Source: an uncultured Pseudomonadota bacterium
GTDB lineage: Bacteria; Myxococcota_A; Polyangia; Fen-1088
Reading direction: 5' to 3'
NCBI GenBank assembly: GCA_963819375.1
Contig: CAWFVU010000009.1
Location: forward strand, 876,649 to 940,648
DNA: 64,000 bases
Made by a program: the position numbers and the translations under genes
The notes under the pieces: model-generated
What the model was told of the DNA's origin: nothing
Databases searched by the model: none
What the model saw: the letters and a program-made list of their open reading frames with translations, nothing else
Part shown: piece by piece, positions 38,986-48,332 of the stretch
Position numbering within the stretch: the first letter of the stretch is position 1
Layout: each line of letters starts with the position of its first letter

Positions 38986-39171
38986 ATGACCGTGGCGGAG
39001 CGGCTGGGGGTGTGCCGGTCGACGGTGTACCAGCTCTGCGAGCGCGGGGAGCTTCGGCACGTGCGGGTGTCGAACGCGATCCGTGTCCCTGGGCCAGCGC
39101 TCAGGGAATATCTCGTCAAGCGAATCGTGACTGTGGCGGTTCGGTCCGGATCGGCCCCGGAAAATCGTTAG
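38986..39171 (+). CDS. excisionase/AlpA-like HTH DNA-binding protein (61 aa)
   Basis: MTVAERLGVCRSTVYQLCERGELRHVRVSNAIRVPGPALREYL matches the HTH_17/excisionase pattern LGVSRSTVYRL...GELP..RIG..IR.P...L..WL. Confidence 0.6.
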   Translation: MTVAERLGVCRSTVYQLCERGELRHVRVSNAIRVPGPALREYLVKRIVTVAVRSGSAPENR

Positions 39172-39315
39172 GCTCATAGCCCGAACGTCGCGTGTTCAAA
39201 TCACGCCCCCGCGACAACTTGAATCAGACGGCCCCCCCCAGTCGCCTCATGCAGCGAGCAGATCACGACTGCGATCCCGTGTCGATCCCCTCAGATCGAC
39301 TCTTTCAGCAGCCTG

Positions 39316-39996
39316 CTAGGTCAGAAGGACGATGTCCCATTCGAAGGTCAAGACGGCCGGTTCGCGGGTCGGCACCGGCCGACAGATGGCCGCAGCCGGG
39401 TCTCGATGACGGGATTTTAGGGTGGACAGAAGCAGGTCCTTGGCGTTCAGGGGCTCGCCCGGGAAATACATCTGTGTGGCCAGCCGGTAGTCGGCATTGG
39501 TCACGTCGAAGTGGATGTGCGGCGTCCGCATGGTGCCTGACGGCTCTGGGTACGGGCCCGGCTTTACCGTGCGCAAGCGATAGCGGCCGTCGGCGTCGAC
39601 GCCGAAGGACGCCACGCCCAAGAAATTGGGATCGAGGGGCGCCGGATTCTTGTCTATGGGGTTGGTGTAGCGCCCAGCGGCGTTGGCTTGCCACACGGTC
39701 ATCACCGCCTGCGGCAGCGGCCGTCCGCTCGTGTCCAATACCCGACCACTGATCTCTATCGCCTGGCCTCGGGCGCGCTGATTGCGACCGGGGTAGTGGG
39801 TCAGGTCGGAATCATGGGATTGAGCCGCGCGCACCGGATAGAAGGGGCCTAAGGTCTCTTGGCCTGTGGGCTTCAACACCACCTGCGAGCTGGCCACCCT
39901 GGGCACCGCTATCGTTGTGAGCGCGAGCGCCCCGCCGCCAGCCAAAACACTACGACGTGTGATTGTAGCGGACTTGTCCCCCATTTCGAGCTGCAT
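39316..39996 (-). CDS. intradiol ring-cleavage dioxygenase-like protein (Tat signal)
   Basis: Twin-arginine signal ITRRSVLAGGGALA, then TLGPFYP, GQAIEISGRVLD, VWQANAAGRY, GRYRLRTVKPGPYP and RTPHIHFDV motifs. Confidence 0.75.
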   Translation of the reverse strand: MQLEMGDKSATITRRSVLAGGGALALTTIAVPRVASSQVVLKPTGQETLGPFYPVRAAQSHDSDLTHYPGRNQRARGQAIEISGRVLDTSGRPLPQAVMTVWQANAAGRYTNPIDKNPAPLDPNFLGVASFGVDADGRYRLRTVKPGPYPEPSGTMRTPHIHFDVTNADYRLATQMYFPGEPLNAKDLLLSTLKSRHRDPAAAICRPVPTREPAVLTFEWDIVLLT

Positions 39997-40453
39997 CGTA
40001 GAGCGTGGACTCGGTGGACTGCAACCTTCTGGGCTACCGTCGTCGGCGCCTCTCCGCGCATGCCGGGAGCAATCACACCCTCGTAGAATTGGGCCGCGAG
40101 CGGCGGATTGTCGTCGTGACAGGCCCCGGCGCTGCCCCCGCAAGAACTCAGTAAGGCCAAACTTCCCGCGATGATTACCGCTCGACTCGTCATCAGCGCT
40201 AGATTTCTCCGCCGCTGCAGGGACCCCATTCTCCCAGCGTGAACCGTTCTGCAAGACCGTCAAGGCACGCAAGCGTTAAGGCTCGTGCCGTCGTCACCTG
40301 CCTGGGGACCTAATGCCCCAAGGTGGGTTCGCTTGAGGCCGCGGCACCGAGCCTGACGGCGGACTCGCGGGGAGGTCGAGGCCCCCGGGGGACCCTGAAA
40401 GCGGAGGGGGGATCGAATGCCGCTAACGTCGACGACGGGAGTAGAATCGCCCG

Positions 40454-41392
40454 GTGGGGCGGGATTTTCGGCGCTGCTTCTTGGTTCTCTTCACGATCGG
40501 CTGTGGAGCTTCGCTGACGACGGCGTCGGGCGGCACCGGCGGCGCGGGCGGTAGCCCCCGAGGAAGCGGCGGATTTGGGGGCCGGATGCAGGGGATCGGT
40601 GGAGCCGGACCGACGGCTGCCGGCAGGGACGCCGCGGTCGATTTCGGGCGGCCCGACTTTCCTGCCTGCGTAGGGTGCTCCTTCTGCGGCAACGGAGTCG
40701 TCGATCCCGGCGAGGCGTGTGACGACGGCAACAAGACCGGCGGCGACGGCTGCACCCCCCTCTGTCAGATCGAGCGCGGTTGGACCTGTCCGCCGCCCGG
40801 CCAGCTCTGCGAGCGCGAGGTCATTTGCGGCGACGGCGTGCTGGCGGCGTCGGAGAGCTGCGACGATGGCAACACGAAGGGCGGGGACGGTTGCTCGGGA
40901 AGCTGCAAGATCGAATCAGGCTGGCGCTGCCCCGTCCCCGGGAGCCGCTGCGCGCCGATCTGCGGCGATGGGATGATCGTCGGGCCCGAGACCTGCGACG
41001 ACGGCAACACGGTCGGCGGCGACGGCTGCTCGGCGATCTGTCTCGTCGAGCCAACGCCGTTCATCTGCGGCGACGGCACCGTGTCCGGGTCGGAGGAGTG
41101 CGATGACGGCGCCGCCAACGGCAACCACGCTGTGAGTGGCTGCAACGCCGACTGCACCTATTGGCAGATCTGCGGCGACGGCGTGGCCGAAGGGACTGAG
41201 GCGTGCGATTTGGGGGCCGCCAACGGGACCGTCGGAGGGGCGGATGGATGCACGATCGGATGTCAGGTCCCGGCTTACTGTGGCGACGGAAACGTCGACA
41301 GCGACCTCGGCGAGCAGTGCGACGAGGGTGCCCTGAACGGCAACGGCACCAGCAGCTGCTCGGCGGACTGCCTAATAATCATTTTGCTCTGA
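40454..41392 (+). CDS. Myxococcus-type cysteine-rich repeat lipoprotein
   Basis: Lipobox FTIGC. About seven repeats of CGDG(x)6-8(E/S)CDDGN(x)3GGDGCS(x)2C, matching the Myxococcus cysteine-rich repeat family (TIGR02232-like). Confidence 0.7.
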   Translation: MGRDFRRCFLVLFTIGCGASLTTASGGTGGAGGSPRGSGGFGGRMQGIGGAGPTAAGRDAAVDFGRPDFPACVGCSFCGNGVVDPGEACDDGNKTGGDGCTPLCQIERGWTCPPPGQLCEREVICGDGVLAASESCDDGNTKGGDGCSGSCKIESGWRCPVPGSRCAPICGDGMIVGPETCDDGNTVGGDGCSAICLVEPTPFICGDGTVSGSEECDDGAANGNHAVSGCNADCTYWQICGDGVAEGTEACDLGAANGTVGGADGCTIGCQVPAYCGDGNVDSDLGEQCDEGALNGNGTSSCSADCLIIILL

Positions 41393-41951
41393 AGGAGGCG
41401 CAACGGTTGAACGGGTCCGACAGGTCGAACCCGACAGTGTTTCACCGCCAGATGTCGAACGTGCCGCCGCCGATATCCCGAGCGCACTTATCCGTGTGAC
41501 CACAACGCGGAAAGCCCCGGTCTGGCGGGTTGCGAAGTAGCCGATGACGCCAGCGGGAATCGCTGCCAGGATTCCGAGGATAGCGAGATGGGCCAACCCG
41601 GTACGACCAAATGCGACCGGAGGGCAGCGGCGACGGTTCGTGACGGGTGGCGATGCTGGTACAGGCCAGCGCCGAGACGACATGGTCGACCCACCTTTCA
41701 GCGTGCGCCGCGCCAACCGTGACGGCAGCGGCTCTGCTGGAGCGACCAACTCCACGCCGGCCAAGTCACAAGGGCGGCACCCGCGCGCCACCACCTAACG
41801 GCAACGCAACAAGAATAGTTTGGAAACGAGCCCTTGACGACTCGTCTGAAGATCGATCGTCAGTATTCCATCCGGAGTGTGGCTCCGGCCGATACTCGGC
41901 TGACCTCGCGGCCGGCCTAGTCGTTCTTCTGACAGGTGCCGGGGAGATCGC

Positions 41952-42078
41952 AATCACCTAGGCGCCGTTTGTACGCGGGCCGCACCTCCGCGAAGCAGTG
42001 CACCGGTCGCGACGCTGTCTCGCCCGCGCCTCCGACGTCACAGACTGCCGGAGCTGGGCGAAGGCGCAGCGCTACTGA
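41952..42078. repeat. intergenic palindromic repeat element, full copy (seg1+seg2)
   Basis: Seg1 (about 68 bp) recurs at 47569-47637 and seg2 (about 58 bp) at 43990-44047. Contains palindromes GTCGCGAC and GTGCAC and the hairpin CTCCG-n14-CGGAG. Confidence 0.55.
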
Positions 42079-42083
42079 CGCGG

Positions 42084-43514
42084 TCACCGCAACGTGAAGG
42101 CGCGCGACGTGGTCTCGGACCAGTCGCAGGTAGCCGGGAGGTCCGCGTTACAGGGAAATCCCGCGGGGCTGGCGATGTCATCGACGCTAACCGAGGTGCC
42201 GAACGTGAGGACGCTCCACCCGTAGGTCGCGCCCGACGGAAGCGGGACGCCTTGCGCCGTCAGATCGGGGATCGTCGCGGAGCTCCGCGCGGTGTAGACT
42301 TCGTACGCCGCATTGTTCACGTCGTTGGGGTCGATGATGACGTGCATGGCGGCTCCGGCGGGCGCCGACCAGACGAGAGGCGTCGCGGGGTCGAACATGG
42401 TCACGCCGTCGGCCGGGGAGGTGGCGGCGATCGACGCCGGCAACGTCAGCTGGACCGACGCGGTGGAGACGGGGAAGCCGAAACGCTCCGTGTAGACGTC
42501 CGCGCCCGACGTGAAGCCGTCGAAGGCCTGGAGGCGCAGGGTCGTGCCCGCGAGCTGAGGGACCAGGACCGTGGTGGGATTGCTGGTGATCGCGCTGACG
42601 ATGCCAATCGGATGGGCGCCGCCTCCGGGCAGCAAGATGTCGCCTTCGACGTTGACACCCGTGGCGCTGCCCAGGGTCACGGCGACCATCAGCTTTCCCG
42701 TCGACACCGGCGTCAGCGTCAGCGTGGCGGAGGCTGCGATGCCGTCGTTCAGGGTGACCGTCGTGCTGGCGAAGGTGTCGAAGGCGGTCGGGTTGAACGC
42801 GGTGCCCTTGTAGACGAGACAGGAGAGCGTCCCGGAGATCGAGGTCGCGGTCGTGTACCAGCCGACACTCAGGGAGAACGTGCTCCCTTGGGTGACGCCA
42901 CCGCTGGCCTGGCCCATGGTCTCGGAGCGGGCCGGATTCGCGAACTGGCAGTTGGCCACTTCGTTGGACGGCAGGGGCGCCGACAAGGTCACGTTCAACA
43001 TCGCTTGGTGGGGCGGCGTGATGTACTCGAGGAGATGCAGCGCGGGATCGACCCGCGTCAGGCCGACGTAGCGCGCCGCGATGATGGGATAGGTCGACTT
43101 CGGCGTCGTCGTCACCCAGACGTCCAGATCGTACGGGGGGACGACCCCATCGATCTCGAACCGGCCGTTCGCGTCCGCCACGACGACCGTCGAGCCGATC
43201 CGCGCCTTGGCACCGGCGATCGGCACGTCGTTCTTGTCCTGGACGACGCCCTTGACGGCGACGCCGACACCGCCACCATCGGGCACGCCGGTGCCGGCGG
43301 CGCCACCACTCGCGTCCCGGCCCGAATCCCGCGCGCCACCTTGACCACCGCCGCCATCGAGGTTCGGGCCTGTGCCCGCCGCGCCGTCCGTGTTTCCAGT
43401 CGCGCCCGCCGCGCCCGTCGTCGCGGCGCCGCTCGAGCAAGCGAGGCATCCCGCGAGTCCCGCCAGGAGAGCGCGCGCGCCGCGCAGGCGGCCGGAAGAC
43501 GATTCGCAAGTCAC
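42084..43514 (-). CDS. lipoprotein with CarboxypepD_reg-like domain
   Basis: GTG start. Lipobox LLAGLAGCLAC. VKGVVQDKNDVPIAGAKARIGSTVVVADANGRFEIDGV is a prealbumin-like fold segment. Ser/Thr/Ala-rich. Confidence 0.7.
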   Translation of the reverse strand: MTCESSSGRLRGARALLAGLAGCLACSSGAATTGAAGATGNTDGAAGTGPNLDGGGGQGGARDSGRDASGGAAGTGVPDGGGVGVAVKGVVQDKNDVPIAGAKARIGSTVVVADANGRFEIDGVVPPYDLDVWVTTTPKSTYPIIAARYVGLTRVDPALHLLEYITPPHQAMLNVTLSAPLPSNEVANCQFANPARSETMGQASGGVTQGSTFSLSVGWYTTATSISGTLSCLVYKGTAFNPTAFDTFASTTVTLNDGIAASATLTLTPVSTGKLMVAVTLGSATGVNVEGDILLPGGGAHPIGIVSAITSNPTTVLVPQLAGTTLRLQAFDGFTSGADVYTERFGFPVSTASVQLTLPASIAATSPADGVTMFDPATPLVWSAPAGAAMHVIIDPNDVNNAAYEVYTARSSATIPDLTAQGVPLPSGATYGWSVLTFGTSVSVDDIASPAGFPCNADLPATCDWSETTSRAFTLR

Positions 43515-43989
43515 TCGTTCCACGTCTCCAGGTCCGATCTCCTCCGGTCGAGAGTACCGCGATTCGCGTCGGAGGTTTCTTGTTGCCCGGCGCCTCGCCC
43601 GGGGGCCACACTTTCGCACTCAGTGCGTGCTTCGTCCGCTCTCCGTAAGGCCATCGGTTTGCTCGCGTTGCCGGCGGTGGCCTGTCTCCCGGTCGTGAGC
43701 CCCGCGTACCCGCTCTACCCCAAGATCGACGCGGGCCAGGCCCGGGCAAGGTCGCCCTCTTGCGCGGTCCCGTCGCGATCGTCGACGGGCAGGGGGTCTC
43801 GGGCAAGGGGCCCGCCTTCGAGCTTCTGCCGGGCTGCCACCTCGTCGCGCTGGAGGCCGGCGCAGACGCCAAGGCCCCGCAGCTCATCTTCGCGTTCGAG
43901 ATGCGGCCCGGCTACATCTACACGGTCGAACCCGGCGCCGAAACTGCGCAGGAGCACGCCCCCGACGGCTCAATCATCCGCGTGCGACG

Positions 43990-44047
43990 CGCCCGCGCCT
44001 CCGACGTCACCGCTTGCCGGAGCTGGGCCAAGGCGCAGCGCTACTGA
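43990..44047. repeat. intergenic repeat element, seg2-only copy
   Basis: About 90% identical to 42021-42078, including the CTCCGACGTCAC.G.(T/C)TGCCGGAG hairpin. Sits immediately 3' of lipoprotein gene 44054-44689, as the full copy sits 3' of 42084-43514. Confidence 0.5.
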
Positions 44048-44053
44048 GCTGGG

Positions 44054-44689
44054 TCACTGTTTCGTATACGTCGCGTCGTCCAGGATCGTTGCCTGGCCCA
44101 TGGGTCCCATGTTGGTCGTCGTGTCGACGTCCAGGATGTGCAGCGTGTTCCCTTGCACGCAATAGCTCTGGTCGAGGGTGTAGCCGTCCGAGCTCCTCAC
44201 CAGCGTGATCACCGTGCCGGCGACGCTGTAGGTGCCGGTCTCGGTGTCGGTCCTGGCGAACGAGCTGTGGCAGTTGCACGAGCTGCTGCTGCCCGTACAG
44301 GTCACCGTCCCGACGGACAGCGCCGACTCCGCCGCCCCCAGGGCCTCACACGACATCCCGGTCGGGTTGCACGACGCGGGGTTGGCGGCGTCATAGGTGA
44401 GCTGGCCCGTGACGGCAATCGAGTAGGTCAGGTCGGCGTTGAACACGTAGCTGCCGGATTGCGCGGCGGTCTCCCCGGAGATGGTCGCCGCTGGACAAGC
44501 GCCCTGGAGGTCCATCACGAAGCTGGCGGAAGCGCAGGCGGCCGCCGCCTTCCAGGTGCCCACGACGGGGCCGTTGCAGGGCTCGACCTCGCCGCAGGTT
44601 CCGTTCCCGTTGCTGCCGCCGCTGCCACCGGTGCTGCTACCACACGACATCACCGTCGCCGCCAGGAGACCAATCGCCACGATTCGCAT
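44054..44689 (-). CDS. lipoprotein, Cys/Thr-rich (211 aa)
   Basis: ATG at 44689. MRIVAIGLLAATVMSCGSS lipobox. About 14 Cys residues in the mature part. Confidence 0.65.
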   Translation of the reverse strand: MRIVAIGLLAATVMSCGSSTGGSGGSNGNGTCGEVEPCNGPVVGTWKAAAACASASFVMDLQGACPAATISGETAAQSGSYVFNADLTYSIAVTGQLTYDAANPASCNPTGMSCEALGAAESALSVGTVTCTGSSSSCNCHSSFARTDTETGTYSVAGTVITLVRSSDGYTLDQSYCVQGNTLHILDVDTTTNMGPMGQATILDDATYTKQ

Positions 44690-45081
44690 TGCATGCAGAA
44701 TCGAATACATCGGGTCCGCACACAAGATTGGTAACCGTGCGGGTCGCCACATCTGGCGAACCATTTTCGCCGTGGGGCTCGCCCTGCTGGCGGACCGAAC
44801 CGCCGGTGCCGTCTGGGCGCGGACCCGTTGCAGAAGCGCTGGCCGTTTGGTACACATTAGCTGTGCGCCAGCCCTTTGGGCTGGCGTTTTCATTTGGACG
44901 CCAGCCCCACGAGGCTGGCGTTTCTGTTTCGGGCACCAGGCCCGAGCCTTGCCCGAAGCGGCCGGCCTTCGCGGGAGCCGACGCCTTGTTCCGGCGTGCC
45001 CTCGCGATCACGAACGAAAGCTCGTCACCCGTTTGCCACGAGGATCGTGGATCTCAACGCAGCGAAGAAGAGGAGAGGACC

Positions 45082-45891
45082 ATGACGATATCCAACGACG
45101 AACGCTCCAACCAAGCAATGCTCCAACGAGCGATCTGGTTCGAGAGCAGTGGGACCCGTCTATTTGCGGTCGAGCTCGGGCGCGGCGGCGCAATCGTGTT
45201 CCTGCATGGAGGGCTAGCGGATCACCGGTCCGCCTTGATTCGAGTCGGCGCGCTGGCAGCGTCACATCACTTGCTGACGCCGGATCTGCGCGGCAGCGGT
45301 CGCTCGATCTACTCCGGCGAGCTGACATGGGATCAGCTCGCCGACGACGTCAGCGAACTGCTCAGCCACTGTGGAATCCAGCGGGCCGTCGTCGCTGGAG
45401 GCTCGATGGGCTCGGCGGTGGCACTGCGTTTTGCCCTCAGATATCCGGGGCGCACCGCCGGCCTGGTTCTGATGTCACCCGTGTACCCCGGACACGATCG
45501 AGCGCTCACAGAAGCGCCGATTGCAGCGATGCAGGCTATGGATCTTGCTGCTCGACGGGCGCTCCAGCACGGCATCGATGCGCTCCTTCCGCTTTATGAT
45601 CGGCTGCCAGATCCTCTTCGCGGTCGCGCGATTGAGATGGTCCGCGGCTTCGATCCCGCCAGCGTGGCCGCGACCACTCGCTTCCTTGCATCGTGCGTTC
45701 AGCCGATCGAGAGCGCTCACGATCTCGCATCGATCGACGTGCCCGTCCTATTGATTCCAGGTACGGACGCCGAGCACCCGGCGGAAATCGCCGCTCTCTA
45801 CGCTAGGCACCTCCGGCGCGCGGTGACCATCGACCCGGCAAACCCAGACCTGGTGCAGCGAATCGCTGAGTTCTCCGGCGGTCTCGAATGA
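45082..45891 (+). CDS. alpha/beta-hydrolase fold protein
   Basis: SD GAGGAGAGG. Sequence IVFLHGGLADHRS...GGSMGSAVALRFALRYPGRTAGLVLMSP includes the nucleophile elbow GxSxG. Confidence 0.8.
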   Translation: MTISNDERSNQAMLQRAIWFESSGTRLFAVELGRGGAIVFLHGGLADHRSALIRVGALAASHHLLTPDLRGSGRSIYSGELTWDQLADDVSELLSHCGIQRAVVAGGSMGSAVALRFALRYPGRTAGLVLMSPVYPGHDRALTEAPIAAMQAMDLAARRALQHGIDALLPLYDRLPDPLRGRAIEMVRGFDPASVAATTRFLASCVQPIESAHDLASIDVPVLLIPGTDAEHPAEIAALYARHLRRAVTIDPANPDLVQRIAEFSGGLE

Positions 45892-46212
45892 CTCTTCGTC
45901 GGTGCACCGTGATGATCGCCGCCCCGAGGTACCACGTGAGTTGAACCCATACGAAAAGGCCCGCAAGTCTCGCGACGTGCGGGCCGAGCAGTAGCGGGGG
46001 CCTGCTACGGTTCCTATCATAGACCGTCGGCCTGGCTGGAAATTCAGGCTGTTATCGCCTGAGCGCCTTGATTGTGAAGTGGGAGACGCAGGCCCGGCCG
46101 GTGCCGGGTCCCCGAATCTCGCCAATTGGCCAGGTCTGAGCGTTCCGTCAACTCCCCGTGAGTCTCGACCGCCCAATGTCAGCCATTCTCACGGCTCGGC
46201 GCGCTCGCGACG

Positions 46213-47521
46213 TCAGCCGCCCGGGAGGGCGCAGACGGTGCCGTTGCAGTCGAGCCCGGGCGCGCACCCGAGGACCGCGTCGGTGCAGCTCGCGCCCTTG
46301 GGGCGAACGGGCTGGCAGGTGTCGGAGTGGATGTCGCAGTAGGCGACGCCCGCCTGGCAGTTTCCGTTCAGGCACGGCCCGGTGCTGGGCGGGATCTCGC
46401 AGATGCCGCAGGCGCAGGCGAGCCCGGGCTTGCAGTTGGCGTCGTCGGTGCACGCGCCGCCCACGTCCACCGGCACGACGCAGGTGCCGAGCGGCACTCC
46501 CGGACAAGCGTTGCCCGGCGCGACGACGCAGGGGGGGCCGCTGGCCGGCGGGCGCTGGCAGTTCAGCCCTGGCGCGCACATCGCGCTCGTCACCGTGTCG
46601 GCAGTCATCACCAGGCTGAGATAGGAGGAGGCGCAAGCCTGGCCGGCGGTCGCGAGCGACGTGCAGCCGCCGATGTCGATCCCGCACGGGGTGGGGGCGC
46701 AGAAGCCGGCCACGCAGTCCGGACCCTGGGGCGACGTCTGCCCGACGCAGTCGGCGTCGGTCGTACAGGCGTGCCAGATTCTGGTACTCCGCCGGGATGA
46801 ACTGGGTGCAGGTCGCGCCGCCGTCGGTGGTCGGGACGGTGCCGCCGTCCGCCGGCGGCGGGCAGCCGAAGATGCCCGTGCACTCCGCGATGGCCTCGAG
46901 CAGCTGGTCACTGGCGCACCCCTGGGCCAGGAGCGCCACCATGCAGCGGGCCTCCTGCTCGGGGTAGTAACGGACGACGCCGGTGGCGACCGCGTTCAGA
47001 AGGGCGGGGTTTGGAAGCAGAAAGTTGCTGCTCCTTCCGGAGCAAGCCGTGGGGGAGCCGTTGCAGAACTGGTACCCCCAGCTCCCGATGCTGGCCACCG
47101 AGTCGACGCACCCGTTGGTGAGGTAGGTGGCAGCGCCGAAGCAGCGACGCTGGTAATCGCAGCGCGCGAGGGCCCGCGCGTACGCGAGCTGCTCGATCGG
47201 TACACCGCCGTCGAGCGCGATCTGCCGCGGGGCCGGCTCGGGCGTCAGGTCGGTCGGCGGCGAGCATGACGCGTCCGCGGTGCCGCCGTCTCGCGCCGCG
47301 CCGCTCGCGTCGACGTGGCTCGCATCGGCGGAGCCGGCGCGGCCGCCAAGGCCGGCGCCGCCGGGGTGGCCGCCGCCGCCCGCGTGGCCCCCCGCGCCGC
47401 CGCGCGGGCTGGTGGGTATCAAGCTGCCGCTGCCGCACGCGGAGCCGCCCAAGACCACCAGACCGACCGACAGTCCGATCGCTGCCACCGCCAGAATTCG
47501 CGTGCGCCGTTCCCCGCCCAT
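46213..47521 (-). pseudogene. lipoprotein with Cys-rich C-terminal domain, frame-broken near 46795
   Basis: ATG at 47521, lipobox LGGSAC. The N-terminal frame reads ...GGATCTQFIPAEYQN then degenerates into an R-rich tail, while the -1 frame continues IWHACTTDADCVGQ... with regularly spaced Cys through to 46213. Confidence 0.6.
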
Positions 47522-47568
47522 CGCCAACCGCCACGATAGCGCACAAACCGAGAAGGGGCGGTGCGCGC

Positions 47569-47637
47569 AATCACCTAGGCGCCGTTTGTACGCGGGCCGC
47601 ACCTCCGCGAAGCAGTGCACCGGTCGCGACGCTGTCT
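47569..47637. repeat. intergenic repeat element, seg1-only copy
   Basis: Near-identical to 41952-42020. Lies about 50-115 bp upstream of the ATG of 46213-47521 (-). Confidence 0.5.
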
Positions 47638-47905
47638 TGGACATCCCTGTCGTAGCCGTGACCCACCGTGTGAAGACGAAGAGGGCCGTTTCTGGCCGTA
47701 ACGGGTAGTGCGAAGTAGTTGAAAACACCGATGGTGGCGTAATCTGGACGTCCAGCCCGTTACGCCTGGGTGGTGGGAAAAGTGGTGGGAAGAAGCGAGC
47801 GTCGAAGAGAGTCCGCCGGCCAAGAAAACGGCGACTCGGGACAGCGCCATCCGTTCACTGGGCGGCGCCTTGTCGCTCTACGCCCCACGCGGGACGCTTT
47901 GGGCC

Positions 47906-48217
47906 ATGAAGCATGCTTGGTTGGTCCTCGCTTCGATGGGCCTGGCGTGCGTCGTCTGCACCGGCTCGGCAATCGATGGCTCGGCCGCTTCGGGCGACGT
48001 CACGGGCTGTGAGGTTGGCGCACCGCTCGCGGGTGCGGCCTACGACATCACGAAGTCGCGTTTCGCCTTCGGATCGACGCCCTCCGAGGACGATGCGTAC
48101 GGCTTTGTGCGCTGGGTCGGCGTCGATGGCGTCGTCGGGATCGAGTCTGACGCAGGAGTCCGAGACCCGCCTCGAAAAGCTGAGGGAGCGAACGGCCCCT
48201 CGGGCAACCCGGCCTGA
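47906..48217 (+). CDS. small lipoprotein (103 aa)
   Basis: MKHAWLVLASMGLACVVCTGS signal and lipobox. Gly/Asp-rich. Confidence 0.45.
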   Translation: MKHAWLVLASMGLACVVCTGSAIDGSAASGDVTGCEVGAPLAGAAYDITKSRFAFGSTPSEDDAYGFVRWVGVDGVVGIESDAGVRDPPRKAEGANGPSGNPA

Positions 48218-48332
48218 AGAACCCTAGCGATCGTCGGGTGTTTCACGCGACGGTCCGGGAAACACGGTCTGGCATCGGACTTGCGTCAAGGCATCGCGTT
48301 CTGCGTTTCGTCCGGAACCGACGGGAGCCATC

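Noticed and set aside
41372-41957. Small minus-strand ORFs (140 aa and 63 aa) between the Cys-rich repeat gene and the repeat element
   Set aside because: The 140-aa ORF has one TM helix but overlaps the 3' end of 40454-41392 and has no RBS or homology cue. The 63-aa ORF starts inside the repeat element. Too weak to call.
42187-44165. 566-aa (-) and 637-aa (+) ORFs overlapping the 42084-43514 lipoprotein gene
   Set aside because: Alternative frames full of Arg/Gly repeats. The lipoprotein frame has a signal peptide and a recognisable fold segment.
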